Shown here in pieces: positions 40,801 through 50,259 of a stretch of 64,000 bases of DNA. Positions within the stretch are counted from its first letter, which is position 1, and each line of letters starts with the position of its first letter. The notes below the pieces were generated by a model. It was not told the origin of the DNA and did no database searches. It worked only from the letters and a program-made list of their open reading frames with translations. This DNA comes from Caldisericia bacterium (lineage in GTDB: Bacteria > Caldisericota > Caldisericia > JAAYUI01): assembly GCA_963674785.1 (NCBI GenBank), contig OY771555.1:1472001-1536000 (forward strand), written 5' to 3'. Made by a program: the position numbers and the translations under genes.

Positions 40801-41840
40801 CATTTCTGGATTATTCCCTCTGAAATACAAACCTCTACACAAAGCCCTATTGCATCAGAGATATAATACTTACCTGTTTCATCTGGGTTGTCTCCCCTTG
40901 CGTAGAAGATGTGCAGGTTGCCACCGCAATCCTCAATTTCAACCTCATAGTGTGGAAGTGTTGCATGAGTTAGTTCAGTTGAACCTTCATTATAGATTGA
41001 ATTTATAATTTTTCCTCTAACCCATTCACATTCGTCACATTCAGGGTCATCAAACCTGAGTTCAACGATTTTTGTATCTCCATACCATTTAATATCGTTT
41101 GGACCCGTTGCACCAAGGTTTTCTGCAACAAATCTCATTGGACAAAGTGTTCTGCCTTCAGATATAAAGGGGACTACCTCTGGGTTATTTGGGTCAATCT
41201 GTATGACCTGACCATTCACCTTTGCATCTTTATTTCCAATCTGCAATTCAATCGTTGTTCCGTCAGCTGTTTTTACAATAACCGTTTTTGTTGCTGCATC
41301 CCAGTCAATTGTTGTTCCTGGGATTTCTTGTGTAACGTATCTCACAACAAGGAAAAGTCTTGCATTAACGTTGACAGGAGGTGTATCCATTGGACCTTTT
41401 TCAACATCGTTGACCCAATACTGCACATTATCCTGTTGATATTTGAGAACTAATTTACAGTCATCATCATCATAACATCTCGGAGTTGCACATCCTTCGA
41501 TTGTTGTTGCAAACTCCTCAGCATCACTGTTTACAGCTTTTACAAAGTAGCAGTAGAGTGTGCCGTTCTCAATGTTAATGGTATCTTTAAACTCAGTCTC
41601 AGATATTGGGAAATCTGTCAGGGGTGTTGAAAACTCCTGGCCAGGACCATATCCTCTGTAAATCCAATAATGGGCTGCACCGGGGATGGCATCCCATTCT
41701 AACATGTTGTAACCACAACCTGGGGTTACTGTGAGGTTGTATGCCCCACCTGCATTTGCGTAGTTTACGATTGGGGCTACACTAACAATCATAAACGCAA
41801 TCAATACCAACGATAAAATCTTTGATGTAAATCTTCTCAT
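37854..41840 (-). CDS. Large secreted protein: FN3-like domain, stalk domain, then about 13 Cys-rich OB-fold-like repeats
   Basis: Signal peptide; LEWDAIPGA..YWIYRG...YCYFVKAVN; GRTLCPMRFVAENLG; repeats CxC...GxCWxxCG...CPC. Confidence 0.85.
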   Translation of the reverse strand: MRRFTSKILSLVLIAFMIVSVAPIVNYANAGGAYNLTVTPGCGYNMLEWDAIPGAAHYWIYRGYGPGQEFSTPLTDFPISETEFKDTINIENGTLYCYFVKAVNSDAEEFATTIEGCATPRCYDDDDCKLVLKYQQDNVQYWVNDVEKGPMDTPPVNVNARLFLVVRYVTQEIPGTTIDWDAATKTVIVKTADGTTIELQIGNKDAKVNGQVIQIDPNNPEVVPFISEGRTLCPMRFVAENLGATGPNDIKWYGDTKIVELRFDDPECDECEWVRGKIINSIYNEGSTELTHATLPHYEVEIEDCGGNLHIFYARGDNPDETGKYYISDAIGLCVEVCISEGIIQKWKVAEEPCCDEVIEPKCIEMEGEIMYTIFDTMTEKWEVKFKKCDETYETYHAESDLTYRNYNLSEYEGCAMICVLNGIIQYWEPHPDMDDCCGEETEKDCICIEIIRINCDVDQPFILAKLGNNGMIVTIPVPYYICAKISEAGGIGTCWEVCGKISRTDTSTINVEDIELRPVECPCGGVAEPMPCICVEVVDPTNDSIYAEDADGNMWVLTFKDPDHLTKMSEGGCWNVCGEIIPPTSTNDSLTKKMEVEKIAEAECPCKARLFCICLTIKEVTPNGVTGVDATGGAWTLTTSSADIDLTNMEVGDCWKVCGTVIAPTATAATNLRRLDVATMEKVECPCGGPAIKEVCMCFTVERTACDSDQPMVYGSDENGNKWVLVLDDPDVCKEMEIGTCWQLCGNHYGNSQGNFRVLRDINAEPVDCPCVPENEICTCVEIVRTACDGDVPMVYGKDENGMMWVLYPENDNMCGAMKIGTCWSVCGNAAGFVGNNKVIKVTWGEQVECPCGEGECDVHLKGVIKYLGCKEDDKIILEVLGDEVEFLSDNARVCNGFEIGDCVLACIVKGENGENTILWMKKIDPAECNSRKHCVCVEVVKSNCEGDIGKVYVKDSNGNSWLILLDKNHDGICEKMTSGTCWYVCGYTTEDEEAEYKGLRVEYIDQVDCPCGDNDPEKEICICATVIKANCDSKTPFVYVRGEKGRKWVVYTDNADIDCEKLEEGSCWTICGEPAVGVDGIEGIKITYIERVDCPCLSEEITLCVTVEDPACHGDMPRVYARRPNDESIVLYFDDSYECETMMQGECWEVHGSWFFDETTGATGFKVASMEKVGCPCGGGNEDSKEFDMIIYERHCDTRMPYFVATYRGYLYNVYLPEGFDCNPEIFYIYQCIKVKGTLNGRNIRAANVEKRDCGQLSLLGCTVVNTYCDEGYMEVTYGPTHYKFYYPPYFDCSSVNAGDCLTFRGMIYTTGIIKEVEIVKVTPCN

Positions 41841-42016
41841 ACTTCTCAAAACTCCTTTCGGGGTGTTCTTTGATAATACTATATCACAAAGTCAATAGAA
41901 ATGTGACCTGACTAGTTGATAAGTTTGAAACATTTTGCTATTATTTAATAATCAAAGTTTGGAAGGGGGTGTAGATGTAAAAATATCGAAAGCTAATTTC
42001 AGTTAACAAATGGATG

Positions 42017-42049
42017 TTGACAAAAAAAACCCAATAACTATAATTATTG
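42017..42049 (+). promoter_or_regulatory. Promoter of stress cluster with inverted repeat over the -10 box (possible PerR/Fur-family site)
   Basis: TTGACA-N16-TATAAT; CAATAA-ctataa-TTATTG at 42032-42049. Confidence 0.65.
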
Positions 42050-42080
42050 CAACTGAATCCGAATAAGGAGAAAGAGAAAA

Positions 42081-42659
42081 ATGAGTAAAAGTATTAAAGG
42101 AACACAAACTGAGAAGAATATTTTAAAGGCATTTGCTGGTGAATCACAGGCAAGAAACCGATACACTTATTTTGCCTCAAAAGCAAAAAAAGAAGGGTAT
42201 GTTCAAATATCACACTTCTTTGAGGAAACAGCTGACCAAGAGAAAGAACATGCAAAGAGACTTTTCAAGCTTCTTGAAGGTGGAATGGTAACTATATCAG
42301 ATGAGTATCCTGCAGGAATGATTGGGACAACCGTTGAAAACCTTAAAGCTGCTGCAGATGGTGAAAATCATGAACATTCCTCCATGTATCCAGAATTTGC
42401 AAAAATCGCTGACGATGAAGGACTTTGTGAAATTGCAGCAATTTTTAGATCGATTGCTGTTGCTGAAAAGCAGCATGAAAAGAGATTCAGGGATGTCCTT
42501 GAAAATATCGAAAAAGACAGAGTTTTTAAAAGAGATGAGAAAGTAACATGGAGATGCAGAAATTGCGGATATCTTCATGTTGGAACATGTGCACCGACAA
42601 AATGTCCTGCTTGCGATCATCCACAGGCTCATTTTGAGCTTCTCGGTGAGAATTGGTGA
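42081..42659 (+). CDS. rbr: Rubrerythrin
   Basis: AFAGESQARNRY, EKEHA, EKQHE, WRCRNCGY...CPACDHP. Confidence 0.97.
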   Translation: MSKSIKGTQTEKNILKAFAGESQARNRYTYFASKAKKEGYVQISHFFEETADQEKEHAKRLFKLLEGGMVTISDEYPAGMIGTTVENLKAAADGENHEHSSMYPEFAKIADDEGLCEIAAIFRSIAVAEKQHEKRFRDVLENIEKDRVFKRDEKVTWRCRNCGYLHVGTCAPTKCPACDHPQAHFELLGENW

Positions 42660-42693
42660 TAATCAATTCAAAATAATGAAAGGGGTTTAAAAA

Positions 42694-43083
42694 ATGGCAA
42701 AAAGGTTTGAGATATATAAGTGTGAAATGTGTGGTAACGTTGTCGAGGTTTTACATGGTGGGATGGGTCAACTCGTGTGTTGTGGAAAAGCGATGCATCT
42801 TGAGGCAGAAAACACAGTTGATGCTGCCAAAGAAAAGCATGTTCCAGTCGTTTCCAAAACAGATGCTGGGGTGGTTGTAAATGTTGGTAGTGTTGCTCAT
42901 CCGATGACTGAAGAGCATCAAATCGAGTGGATTCAACTTGTTGATAATGATGGGGTTCATTACCCAAGACATTTTTTGAAACCAGGTGACAAACCAGAGG
43001 CTATTTTTGGAGTGAAAAACAAAGATGGTTGGAAGGTCAGATCGTATTGCAACCTTCACGGTCTTTGGACAGTGGAGATATAA
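42694..43083 (+). CDS. dfx: Desulfoferrodoxin (2Fe superoxide reductase)
   Basis: YKCEMCGN..VCCG, EKHVP, HPM..EH.IEW, YCNLHGLW. Confidence 0.96.
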   Translation: MAKRFEIYKCEMCGNVVEVLHGGMGQLVCCGKAMHLEAENTVDAAKEKHVPVVSKTDAGVVVNVGSVAHPMTEEHQIEWIQLVDNDGVHYPRHFLKPGDKPEAIFGVKNKDGWKVRSYCNLHGLWTVEI

Positions 43084-43089
43084 GAAATC

Positions 43090-43623
43090 ATGAACAAAAG
43101 AGTACTTGATGAACTAAACACACAGATCAAGCATGAAATGGAATCTTATTACATCTACCTTTCCATGGCAGCTTGGTTGGAATCAAACAGTTATGATGGA
43201 ATGGCTCATTGGATGAGGATTCAAGCTCATGAAGAGATGGAACATGCAATGAGGTTTTTCAATCACATCATCGAAAGAGGGGAGAAAGTTACCCTTCTTG
43301 ATCTCAAACAGCTCAAAACTGACTGGAGTTCAGTAAAAGAGATTTTTGATGATGCTTATGAACATGAGAAATTCATTACAAGTCGAATCAACACATGTAT
43401 GACTGCCGTAAGAGAAGAGAAGGAATACGCTTCAGAGGGCATACTTAACTGGTTTGTTGAAGAGCAGATTGAGGAAGAGGCGAATACCTCAAAAATTGTT
43501 GACCAGTTGAACATGATCGGAAATGAGGGCAAAGGCATCTACATGCTCGATAAAGAGCTTGGTGCGAGAGTTTGGCCAGCAATTTCGCCAATGAACCCAA
43601 TGGTTGGTCAGGCAGCAGAATAA
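43090..43623 (+). CDS. ftn: Non-heme ferritin
   Basis: EMESYYIY, EEMEHA, EHE, WFVEEQIEEE. Confidence 0.95.
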   Translation: MNKRVLDELNTQIKHEMESYYIYLSMAAWLESNSYDGMAHWMRIQAHEEMEHAMRFFNHIIERGEKVTLLDLKQLKTDWSSVKEIFDDAYEHEKFITSRINTCMTAVREEKEYASEGILNWFVEEQIEEEANTSKIVDQLNMIGNEGKGIYMLDKELGARVWPAISPMNPMVGQAAE

Positions 43624-43647
43624 GGATAACTGAACAATATTTACAAT

Positions 43648-43678
43648 AAAAGCCTGGGTCAGGTTGACCAGGCTTTTA
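43648..43678 (+). terminator. Terminator after ferritin
   Basis: AAAAGCCTGG(G)TCA..TGACCAGGCTTTT. Confidence 0.75.
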
Positions 43679-43703
43679 TTTTTATATAGAATTGTTTCTG
43701 GAA

Positions 43704-44045
43704 ATGGGTGTTCTAAAAGAATTTCTCAAAAATCGAGAGGAACTCAACGGTGTTGTTTCGAGATATGCAGGAAACAGCATGAAGAAGTTCTTTGGTTTGG
43801 ATATCGAAACATACAAGCCTGGTGCAATTGACCGCAGAACAAAGGAGATGTTGGGGCTTGTTTCATCTCTCGTCTTGAGATGTGACGATTGTATTTTTTA
43901 CCACCTTGATCAACTCAGACGATTGAAAGTAAGCACTGAAGAAATTGAGGAAGTATTGATGATAGGAATGATTGTTGAAGGGTCAATAACCATTCCACAT
44001 ATTAGACGTGCATTTGCTGCTTGGGAAAGCGAAATGGAGGGATAA
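43704..44045 (+). CDS. Carboxymuconolactone decarboxylase/AhpD family protein
   Basis: TKEMLGL...RCDDCIFYH motif. Confidence 0.88.
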   Translation: MGVLKEFLKNREELNGVVSRYAGNSMKKFFGLDIETYKPGAIDRRTKEMLGLVSSLVLRCDDCIFYHLDQLRRLKVSTEEIEEVLMIGMIVEGSITIPHIRRAFAAWESEMEG

Positions 44046-44047
44046 TA

Positions 44048-44506
44048 ATGGAAAAAGATGAGCTTTTTGAAACCCTTACTCCAATAATTAGAGAGATCAT
44101 AGATGATAGCAATAGCCTGGTACCCAAAATGCAGAAGATTTGTGAAGTGCTTTCGGAGAAAGTTGAGTACTATGATTGGCTTGGGTTTTATATAATGGAA
44201 GAGGGTATGCTCCATCTTGGTCCATACGTTGGCGAGGAGACTGAGCATAGCGTTATTGAAATCGGGAGGGGAATTTGTGGTCAGGCTGCAAACCTGAAAG
44301 CAACCTTCATCTCCAAAGATGTCTCAAAAGAGGAGAACTATTTATCTTGCAGTTTTAAGGTGAAATCAGAAATTGTGGTTCCGATTATCAATGGTTCAAA
44401 AGTTTTTGGTGTGATTGATGTCGATTCTCACACGATGGATGCATTTTCTGAGGATGACAAGGTTTTTCTTGAGTGGGTTGCAAAAGCAATTTCATCAATA
44501 TTGTAA
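44048..44506 (+). CDS. GAF domain protein, free methionine-(R)-sulfoxide reductase-like
   Basis: WLGFY, LGPYVG, GRGICG, YLSC, SEIVVP, IDVDS; SD GGAGG before ATG 44048. Confidence 0.85.
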   Translation: MEKDELFETLTPIIREIIDDSNSLVPKMQKICEVLSEKVEYYDWLGFYIMEEGMLHLGPYVGEETEHSVIEIGRGICGQAANLKATFISKDVSKEENYLSCSFKVKSEIVVPIINGSKVFGVIDVDSHTMDAFSEDDKVFLEWVAKAISSIL

Positions 44507-44524
44507 TATTTAGAAGGAGAAAAT

Positions 44525-45742
44525 ATGTTAGGTCCATACAAAGCAACAAAAGTTACTGATTCAGTTTGGTGGGTTGGTGCAATCGATAGAACAATCAGAG
44601 ATTTCCATGGATACGGAACCCCAAGTGGAACAACTTACAACGCATATCTTGTAATGGGTGAGAAAGTTACCCTCATTGATACAGTAAAAGATCAATTTAA
44701 AGGTGAGCTTTTATCACGAATCAGTTCAGTGATTGATCCTTCAAGAATCGATTACATTGTCAGTAACCATGCTGAAATGGATCATACTGGTTCGTTGCCG
44801 TTCATGATTGATAGGATTCAGCCAGAAAAAGTTTTTGCAACAGCAAAAGGCAAAGAAGCTTTGAACGCTCAGCTTTCCATCCCTCTTGATATTGAAGTTG
44901 TAAAAACTGGCGACAAACTAAGTCTTGGCAACAAAGAACTTTCATTTATCGAAACAAGAATGCTTCATTGGCCGGATTCAATGTTTTCTTATCTTCCAGA
45001 TGAAGGGGTTCTCTTCTCTCAAGATGCTTTTGGAATGCATCTTGCGTCATATGAAAGATTTGATGATCAATTACCAACCGATGTTCTTGAATGGGAAGCA
45101 GCAAAATACTTTGGCAATATCTTGATGCCATTTTCACCACTTGTGTTGAAGCTCCTTGAAAATGTTGGCTCAATGAATCTGGATATTAAGGTTGTCGCTC
45201 CTGATCATGGTCCGATATGGAGAAGTAAAATACCTTGGATTCTTGATCTATATCATCAGTTTGCAAAACAAGACCCAACAAACCGTGCAGTTGTATTGTT
45301 TGATTCAATGTGGGGAAGTACCACAAAAATGGCCAGAGCAATCGGTGAAGGGATATATGCAAATGGTGGGACTCCGAGATTGATCCCAATGAGCACATCA
45401 GATAGATCGGTTGTAGCAACAGAGGTTTTGAAATCTGGTGCCTTGATTGTTGGCTCTCCAACGATGAACAGAGAGATTTTTCCATCACTTGCAGATGTCA
45501 TGGTTTATTTGAAAGGTCTTAAGCCAACAAATCTTATTGGGGCATCTTTTGGTTCGTACGGATGGAGTGGTGAGGGACATAAAAACCTAGACACAATGCT
45601 TAAAGAGATGAAGGTGAATGTTATCTCAGAACCCCTTTCAATTAAGTGGGTTCCATGTAATGAGACTCTAAAAAAATGCTTTGATTTTGGTGCTGAGATT
45701 GCAAAGAGACTTTGTAAGGAGTGCAATATAAATGGAGATTGA
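44525..45742 (+). CDS. fprA: Flavodiiron protein (FprA)
   Basis: GTTYNAY, NHAEMDH, HWPDSM, DAFG, PDHG, flavodoxin domain SMWGST and GSYGW. Confidence 0.96.
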   Translation: MLGPYKATKVTDSVWWVGAIDRTIRDFHGYGTPSGTTYNAYLVMGEKVTLIDTVKDQFKGELLSRISSVIDPSRIDYIVSNHAEMDHTGSLPFMIDRIQPEKVFATAKGKEALNAQLSIPLDIEVVKTGDKLSLGNKELSFIETRMLHWPDSMFSYLPDEGVLFSQDAFGMHLASYERFDDQLPTDVLEWEAAKYFGNILMPFSPLVLKLLENVGSMNLDIKVVAPDHGPIWRSKIPWILDLYHQFAKQDPTNRAVVLFDSMWGSTTKMARAIGEGIYANGGTPRLIPMSTSDRSVVATEVLKSGALIVGSPTMNREIFPSLADVMVYLKGLKPTNLIGASFGSYGWSGEGHKNLDTMLKEMKVNVISEPLSIKWVPCNETLKKCFDFGAEIAKRLCKECNINGD

Positions 45743-46421
45743 TAGAAAGGCTTTTAGAAGCATTAGCTATGGCTTATATATTATAACCACAAGGGCTGGT
45801 GACAAAAAGAATGGTCAACTTGCAAATACTGTTTTCCAAGTGACATCAGACCCACCAAAAATAGTGGTTTGTCTGAATAAGGAAAACTATACTTGCGAGT
45901 TATTAAAGGACTCTAATCATTTTGGTGTGAGTGTTTTGTCAACTGATGCAGACCACAAATTCATTGGACCGTGGGGGTTCAGATCAGGAAGAGACTTTGA
46001 CAAATTTGAGGGAATTGAGTTTAAGGAGGGCGAAACCGTTCCACTTGTGACACAGAATTCACTTTCATGTTTTGAACTAAAGGTTACAGATACTATTGAT
46101 GTTGGAACACATATGATGTTTATTGGAGAGGTAACCTCTGCCGAGGTAGTAGGTAGCGGAGAGGCTCTGACATATGCTATTTATCATTCCCGAAAGGGAA
46201 GAGAACCCAAAACAGCACCCACATATATTCCTGAAGAAAAGGAAGAAAAGAGGAGTAAGAATATGAAATATGTTTGCAATATTTGCGGTTATGTTTATGA
46301 TCCAGCAGTTGGAGATCCTGACAACGATGTTGATCCAGGAACAAAATTTGAAGATGTTTCCGAAGATTGGGTGTGCCCACTTTGCGGTGCCCCGAAAGAT
46401 GATTTTTCACCACAGGAATAA
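45732..46421 (+). CDS. Flavin reductase-rubredoxin fusion (high-molecular-weight rubredoxin-like)
   Basis: YGLYIIT, FGVSVL, GFRSGRD.DKF, GTH; C-terminal [10 protein letters not shown]...WVCPLCG. Confidence 0.92.
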   Translation: MEIDRKAFRSISYGLYIITTRAGDKKNGQLANTVFQVTSDPPKIVVCLNKENYTCELLKDSNHFGVSVLSTDADHKFIGPWGFRSGRDFDKFEGIEFKEGETVPLVTQNSLSCFELKVTDTIDVGTHMMFIGEVTSAEVVGSGEALTYAIYHSRKGREPKTAPTYIPEEKEEKRSKNMKYVCNICGYVYDPAVGDPDNDVDPGTKFEDVSEDWVCPLCGAPKDDFSPQE

Positions 46422-47237
46422 ATCAAGTCTATCAATCTACAGATTTTAAAAACTGAGCTTGAAAAGCTCTATGTCAGGCTGAATCGGAAAGAGTACATTC
46501 AGCCTGACCCTCTTCAATTTTTATTCAGTTATCCAGATATTAAGGATCGTGAGATTGTTGGATTTATTGCGTCTGCTCTTGCTTACGGAAATGTAAAGCA
46601 GATTGTAAAAAGTGTTTCAGTCATTCTCGATAGTATTCCTGGTAGTCCATATGATTTTTTGATTTCAACAGACATCAAAGATTGGACACATATCTTTTCC
46701 GGATTCAAGCACCGATTCGCTCGAGATTCTGATATTGTAAACCTGTTTTCCGCAATAAAATTTACAATTTTGGAATACTCATCTCTTGAAAATCTTCTGC
46801 TTTCAAAAATTGATACTTCCGATGAGAACGTATTGTCAGCTCTTTGTTTTATGGTTTCTGAAATGGAAAAGAATTCGGTTTCAAGGTTTGGTCATTTGGT
46901 TCCATCCCCTGAAAAAGGAAGTGCGTGCAAAAGATTGCTTCTATATCTCAAATGGATGATAAGAAAAGATGATGTTGACCCAGGTGGATGGAATCTTGAC
47001 CCATCAAAACTTGTGGTACCCCTGGATACACATATGTATTATATCACAAGTAAACTTGGCTTCACAAATCGAAAATCAGCTGATTTAAAAACTGCTCTTG
47101 AAGTTACCGATGTTTTCAAAAAGATTTCACCAAACGACCCGACAAAGTATGATTTTGCTTTGACAAGGCTTGGTATAAAAAACGAACTTGATCGAGATGA
47201 ATTTATTAATCATATCGATGGGTTGACTGGCAAGTGA
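46422..47237 (+). CDS. TIGR02757-like (HhH-GPD-related) protein; start codon unclear
   Basis: Frame open from 46422 with DPLQF, DREIVG..ASALAYG, SACKR...LKWMIRKD.VD.G.W, PLDTH, DPTKYDFAL. Confidence 0.82.
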   Translation: MKSINLQILKTELEKLYVRLNRKEYIQPDPLQFLFSYPDIKDREIVGFIASALAYGNVKQIVKSVSVILDSIPGSPYDFLISTDIKDWTHIFSGFKHRFARDSDIVNLFSAIKFTILEYSSLENLLLSKIDTSDENVLSALCFMVSEMEKNSVSRFGHLVPSPEKGSACKRLLLYLKWMIRKDDVDPGGWNLDPSKLVVPLDTHMYYITSKLGFTNRKSADLKTALEVTDVFKKISPNDPTKYDFALTRLGIKNELDRDEFINHIDGLTGK

Positions 47238-47308
47238 AAAAGTACTATTAAAGGGTTGTTGTTTTAAAATAATAAATCAAAGCTAATGAGATTTGCAGGT
47301 GGTATTTT

Positions 47309-48700
47309 ATGGAAACATTGGATACATCAATCAAAGATACCTTTTTAACCTGTCTTGAGATAGGGGACACAGATAAAATTAAGGCTGTTGCAGAGGATTA
47401 CTCCCCTGTAGATATTGCAGAACAGATTGAAGAGTTGCCGATTGAAACAATTTGGCAAATCCTTCAGGCGATGGAAATAAAAACAGCTGGTGAGGTAATG
47501 GGTTATTTCCATATCGACCTTGAGGTTCAACTTGCAGAAAACACCCCAAAGGAAACACTTGCCCCTCTAATATCAAGTATGCTCAGTGATGAGGGTGCAG
47601 ATTTGTTATCAGAACTATCTGTTCCTCTTCAAAATAGTTTGATTCCGCTGCTTGCAAAAGCCAAAAGGGAGCAGCTTTTGCATCTGAGTTCTTATGATAC
47701 TGGCACTTGTGGAGCTTTGATGACAGCAGATTATGTTGCTGTCCCCCCAAATATAACAGCAAAAAATGCACTCAAACGAATACAGGTTGAAGCTTCTAAA
47801 AGAGAGTTTATTTATTATGTTTATATTGTTGACGATTCACATCGAATAATTGGTGTCACGTCTATCAAATATCTTGTGCTTGCTCATCCAATGAAGATGA
47901 TAAATGAATTGATGTTTAGGGAAGTTGTTTCTGTAAAAGCTGAAGATGACCAGGAAGAAGCTATTGAGCATATCGAAAACTATGACCTTATGGCGATCCC
48001 CGTTCTTGGTGTTGACGATAAGATGGTTGGAATCATCACTCATGATGATATTTTTGATGCCTTAAGACAGGAGCAGACCGAAGATATAGAAAAAATCATG
48101 GGTATCTCTGGTGAACACGAATCCGAGATGTATCTGAAGAATTCTCCATGGGAACACTTTAGGAAAAGGATTCCGTGGGTAGCATCTCTTTCTGTGTTTC
48201 AGATTTTGACAGGAACGGTGATTAGTTTCTTCCAAGGAACGCTAAATAGCCTTATTATTTTGATTGTCTATATGCCGCAAATGGCTGCAACCGGAGGAAA
48301 CGCTGGTAGTCAATCTTCAACCGTTATAATTAGAGCTCTTTCAACACAGGAATTAACACCAGGTGTTTTTTTCAAAGCAATCATAAAAGAGTTTTGGACA
48401 TCACTTCTGATGGGAGTTTCACTTGCTGGAATTGCTTTTATAAAAGTTTGGATATTGTCAGGTGCTGCCGGATCATCGCTGCCAACAGGTATAACCCTTA
48501 TGGATATTGCATTACTTGTAGCTCTTGCTTTAGGGATTCAAGTTGTAACCGCTATGACTATGGGTGCGATTCTTCCTATTGTTGCTGTAAAGTTCAAACT
48601 TGACCCAGCAGTAGTAGCCAGTCCTGCTCTAACGACGCTTGTCGATGTTTCAGGAATGCTGATATATTTCGGGCTTGCAAAACTGATGATTGGCATATGA
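47309..48700 (+). CDS. mgtE: Magnesium transporter MgtE
   Basis: MgtE-N helices, CBS pair, GGNAGSQS, DPAV..P..TT..D. Confidence 0.95.
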   Translation: METLDTSIKDTFLTCLEIGDTDKIKAVAEDYSPVDIAEQIEELPIETIWQILQAMEIKTAGEVMGYFHIDLEVQLAENTPKETLAPLISSMLSDEGADLLSELSVPLQNSLIPLLAKAKREQLLHLSSYDTGTCGALMTADYVAVPPNITAKNALKRIQVEASKREFIYYVYIVDDSHRIIGVTSIKYLVLAHPMKMINELMFREVVSVKAEDDQEEAIEHIENYDLMAIPVLGVDDKMVGIITHDDIFDALRQEQTEDIEKIMGISGEHESEMYLKNSPWEHFRKRIPWVASLSVFQILTGTVISFFQGTLNSLIILIVYMPQMAATGGNAGSQSSTVIIRALSTQELTPGVFFKAIIKEFWTSLLMGVSLAGIAFIKVWILSGAAGSSLPTGITLMDIALLVALALGIQVVTAMTMGAILPIVAVKFKLDPAVVASPALTTLVDVSGMLIYFGLAKLMIGI

Positions 48701-48854
48701 TGATTTAACTTTATTTCAAAAAAAAGATAATAACCGCTCTTTTGAAAATTTCCTTGTTTCCAAATTCTTGTCATATATTTAATACAAAAATGCCCATGAA
48801 TTGAGCATTTTTCTTGATTTGATAAAATAATATTATCTGAAATTGCGTTTTCGA

Positions 48855-48882
48855 TTGACAGTTGAGTAAATATGACTACAAT
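48855..48882 (+). promoter_or_regulatory. Promoter of chemosensory operon
   Basis: TTGACA-N16-TACAAT. Confidence 0.7.
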
Positions 48883-48892
48883 GTAATTGAAT

Positions 48893-49270
48893 ATGAGTGA
48901 GAAGTTTTTTAATCTTTTGAGTTTGGAAATTGAGTCAGAAACTGTTTTTGTTGATACAAGACATGTAGATGAGGTGTGTGAAATTTCATATGTTAAATCC
49001 CTTCCTTTACAAAAAAATAAAATCAAAGGTTTAACATTAATAAATAATAATATCCTCCCAGTAATCTCGTATTCAGATGAACTCAAGATGCCTGTAAAAG
49101 GAATTGTTGTAAAGAAAGTTAGCCCCCTATTTTTTATAGCTGTTGATGGTATTGGAAGCATTGTAGAAAAGGAAATTGGTGAACTAAGGAAGACAGATTG
49201 GGAATTCATATATGAATCATCTGATATAAAAATATTAGACGTTGACGAAGTCGAAAGGCATATTGCTTGA
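48893..49270 (+). CDS. Divergent CheW-like protein
   Basis: VDEV...LP....IKGL..INNNILPVI, IAVDGI, ILDVD pattern. Confidence 0.7.
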   Translation: MSEKFFNLLSLEIESETVFVDTRHVDEVCEISYVKSLPLQKNKIKGLTLINNNILPVISYSDELKMPVKGIVVKKVSPLFFIAVDGIGSIVEKEIGELRKTDWEFIYESSDIKILDVDEVERHIA

Positions 49271-50259
49271 AAATAATAGCGAAAGATTATGTCAATAGAG
49301 GAGATTTGCTTTCAGGTGTTGTAGACCTTACGAGCAAGAATTCTGAAAGCTTACAGTTGAACATAATCGGTGTTGCTAGTCTTAGGAGTCCGGTTGATCT
49401 GAGAAAAATATCATTCAGGCTTTTGCCTAAGGGAATGTCTTTGGATATCCCAGAGGCTGATGTTGTTGAAATTGAGAAGATTTTTTGGTGGGAGCATGTT
49501 GAGATTCAGATTGATTCCGAAGCCTTAGAGAGTGTTACCAAATGGCTTTCCTATGATTCATTTAGAAAGATTGCCGAGAAATGGGCAATGAAAGAACAGC
49601 TGCTTTTAGAGAATGGTGTAAATTCTGATGATGTGTTGTATACAAAATCTATCTCTAATCACGGTTCTTACTCGATATCTCGAGAGGATTTGGTGATTTT
49701 GCTTGGGATGAATGGGAAGATGACTGTCAGAGAATCTATACTTAGTTTTGAGCTTCCAGAGGACTTGGTGTTGGATAGAATTCTAAAAGCTTTAAAACAC
49801 CATTTGCTCTCTAAAAGCCCCTATATGAAGAAGATAAGCTATCCCGAAACAATCAAGGCCATGGGTATGAGAATTAATATGTTTTACTCGAATCTCAAAA
49901 GCTGGTTTGGAAGTTCTTCGTTTCCACAACATAGCTATTTTGCCAGAGAACTTGAGCTGTTGTCTACGGAATATCCCGATGCTGAATGTCTTGCTGTAAG
50001 CCCTGATGGTATAGATGTTAGTGAAAGCGTAATCTCCTTATCATTTTCGAAAGACCCAGAGTTTGTCTGTTCTGTTGGTTCGAGGATACTGAAACCTTTA
50101 AATATGTTGTTTTGCAATATGGTAATAGGTGCAGCTTACGAACACTCTTTTGATAGCATATTGAAAGTTTTGAATATCACTGACAAAGGCTTGAAAGATG
50201 CATATAGGAAGCTAGGTAATGATGAGTTGCCGCCTTTTTTAAGGAGTACTGATGAATAA
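49267..50259 (+). CDS. Hypothetical protein, possible PatA-N/DUF4388-related
   Basis: ILLGMNGKMTVRE...LVLDRILKAL winged-helix-like segment; lies directly before PilG-like REC. Confidence 0.5.
   Translation: MKIIAKDYVNRGDLLSGVVDLTSKNSESLQLNIIGVASLRSPVDLRKISFRLLPKGMSLDIPEADVVEIEKIFWWEHVEIQIDSEALESVTKWLSYDSFRKIAEKWAMKEQLLLENGVNSDDVLYTKSISNHGSYSISREDLVILLGMNGKMTVRESILSFELPEDLVLDRILKALKHHLLSKSPYMKKISYPETIKAMGMRINMFYSNLKSWFGSSSFPQHSYFARELELLSTEYPDAECLAVSPDGIDVSESVISLSFSKDPEFVCSVGSRILKPLNMLFCNMVIGAAYEHSFDSILKVLNITDKGLKDAYRKLGNDELPPFLRSTDE

Noticed and set aside
37854-41840. Multiheme cytochrome or Fe-S protein
   Set aside because: No CxxCH motifs or ferredoxin-type Cys spacing in the repeats
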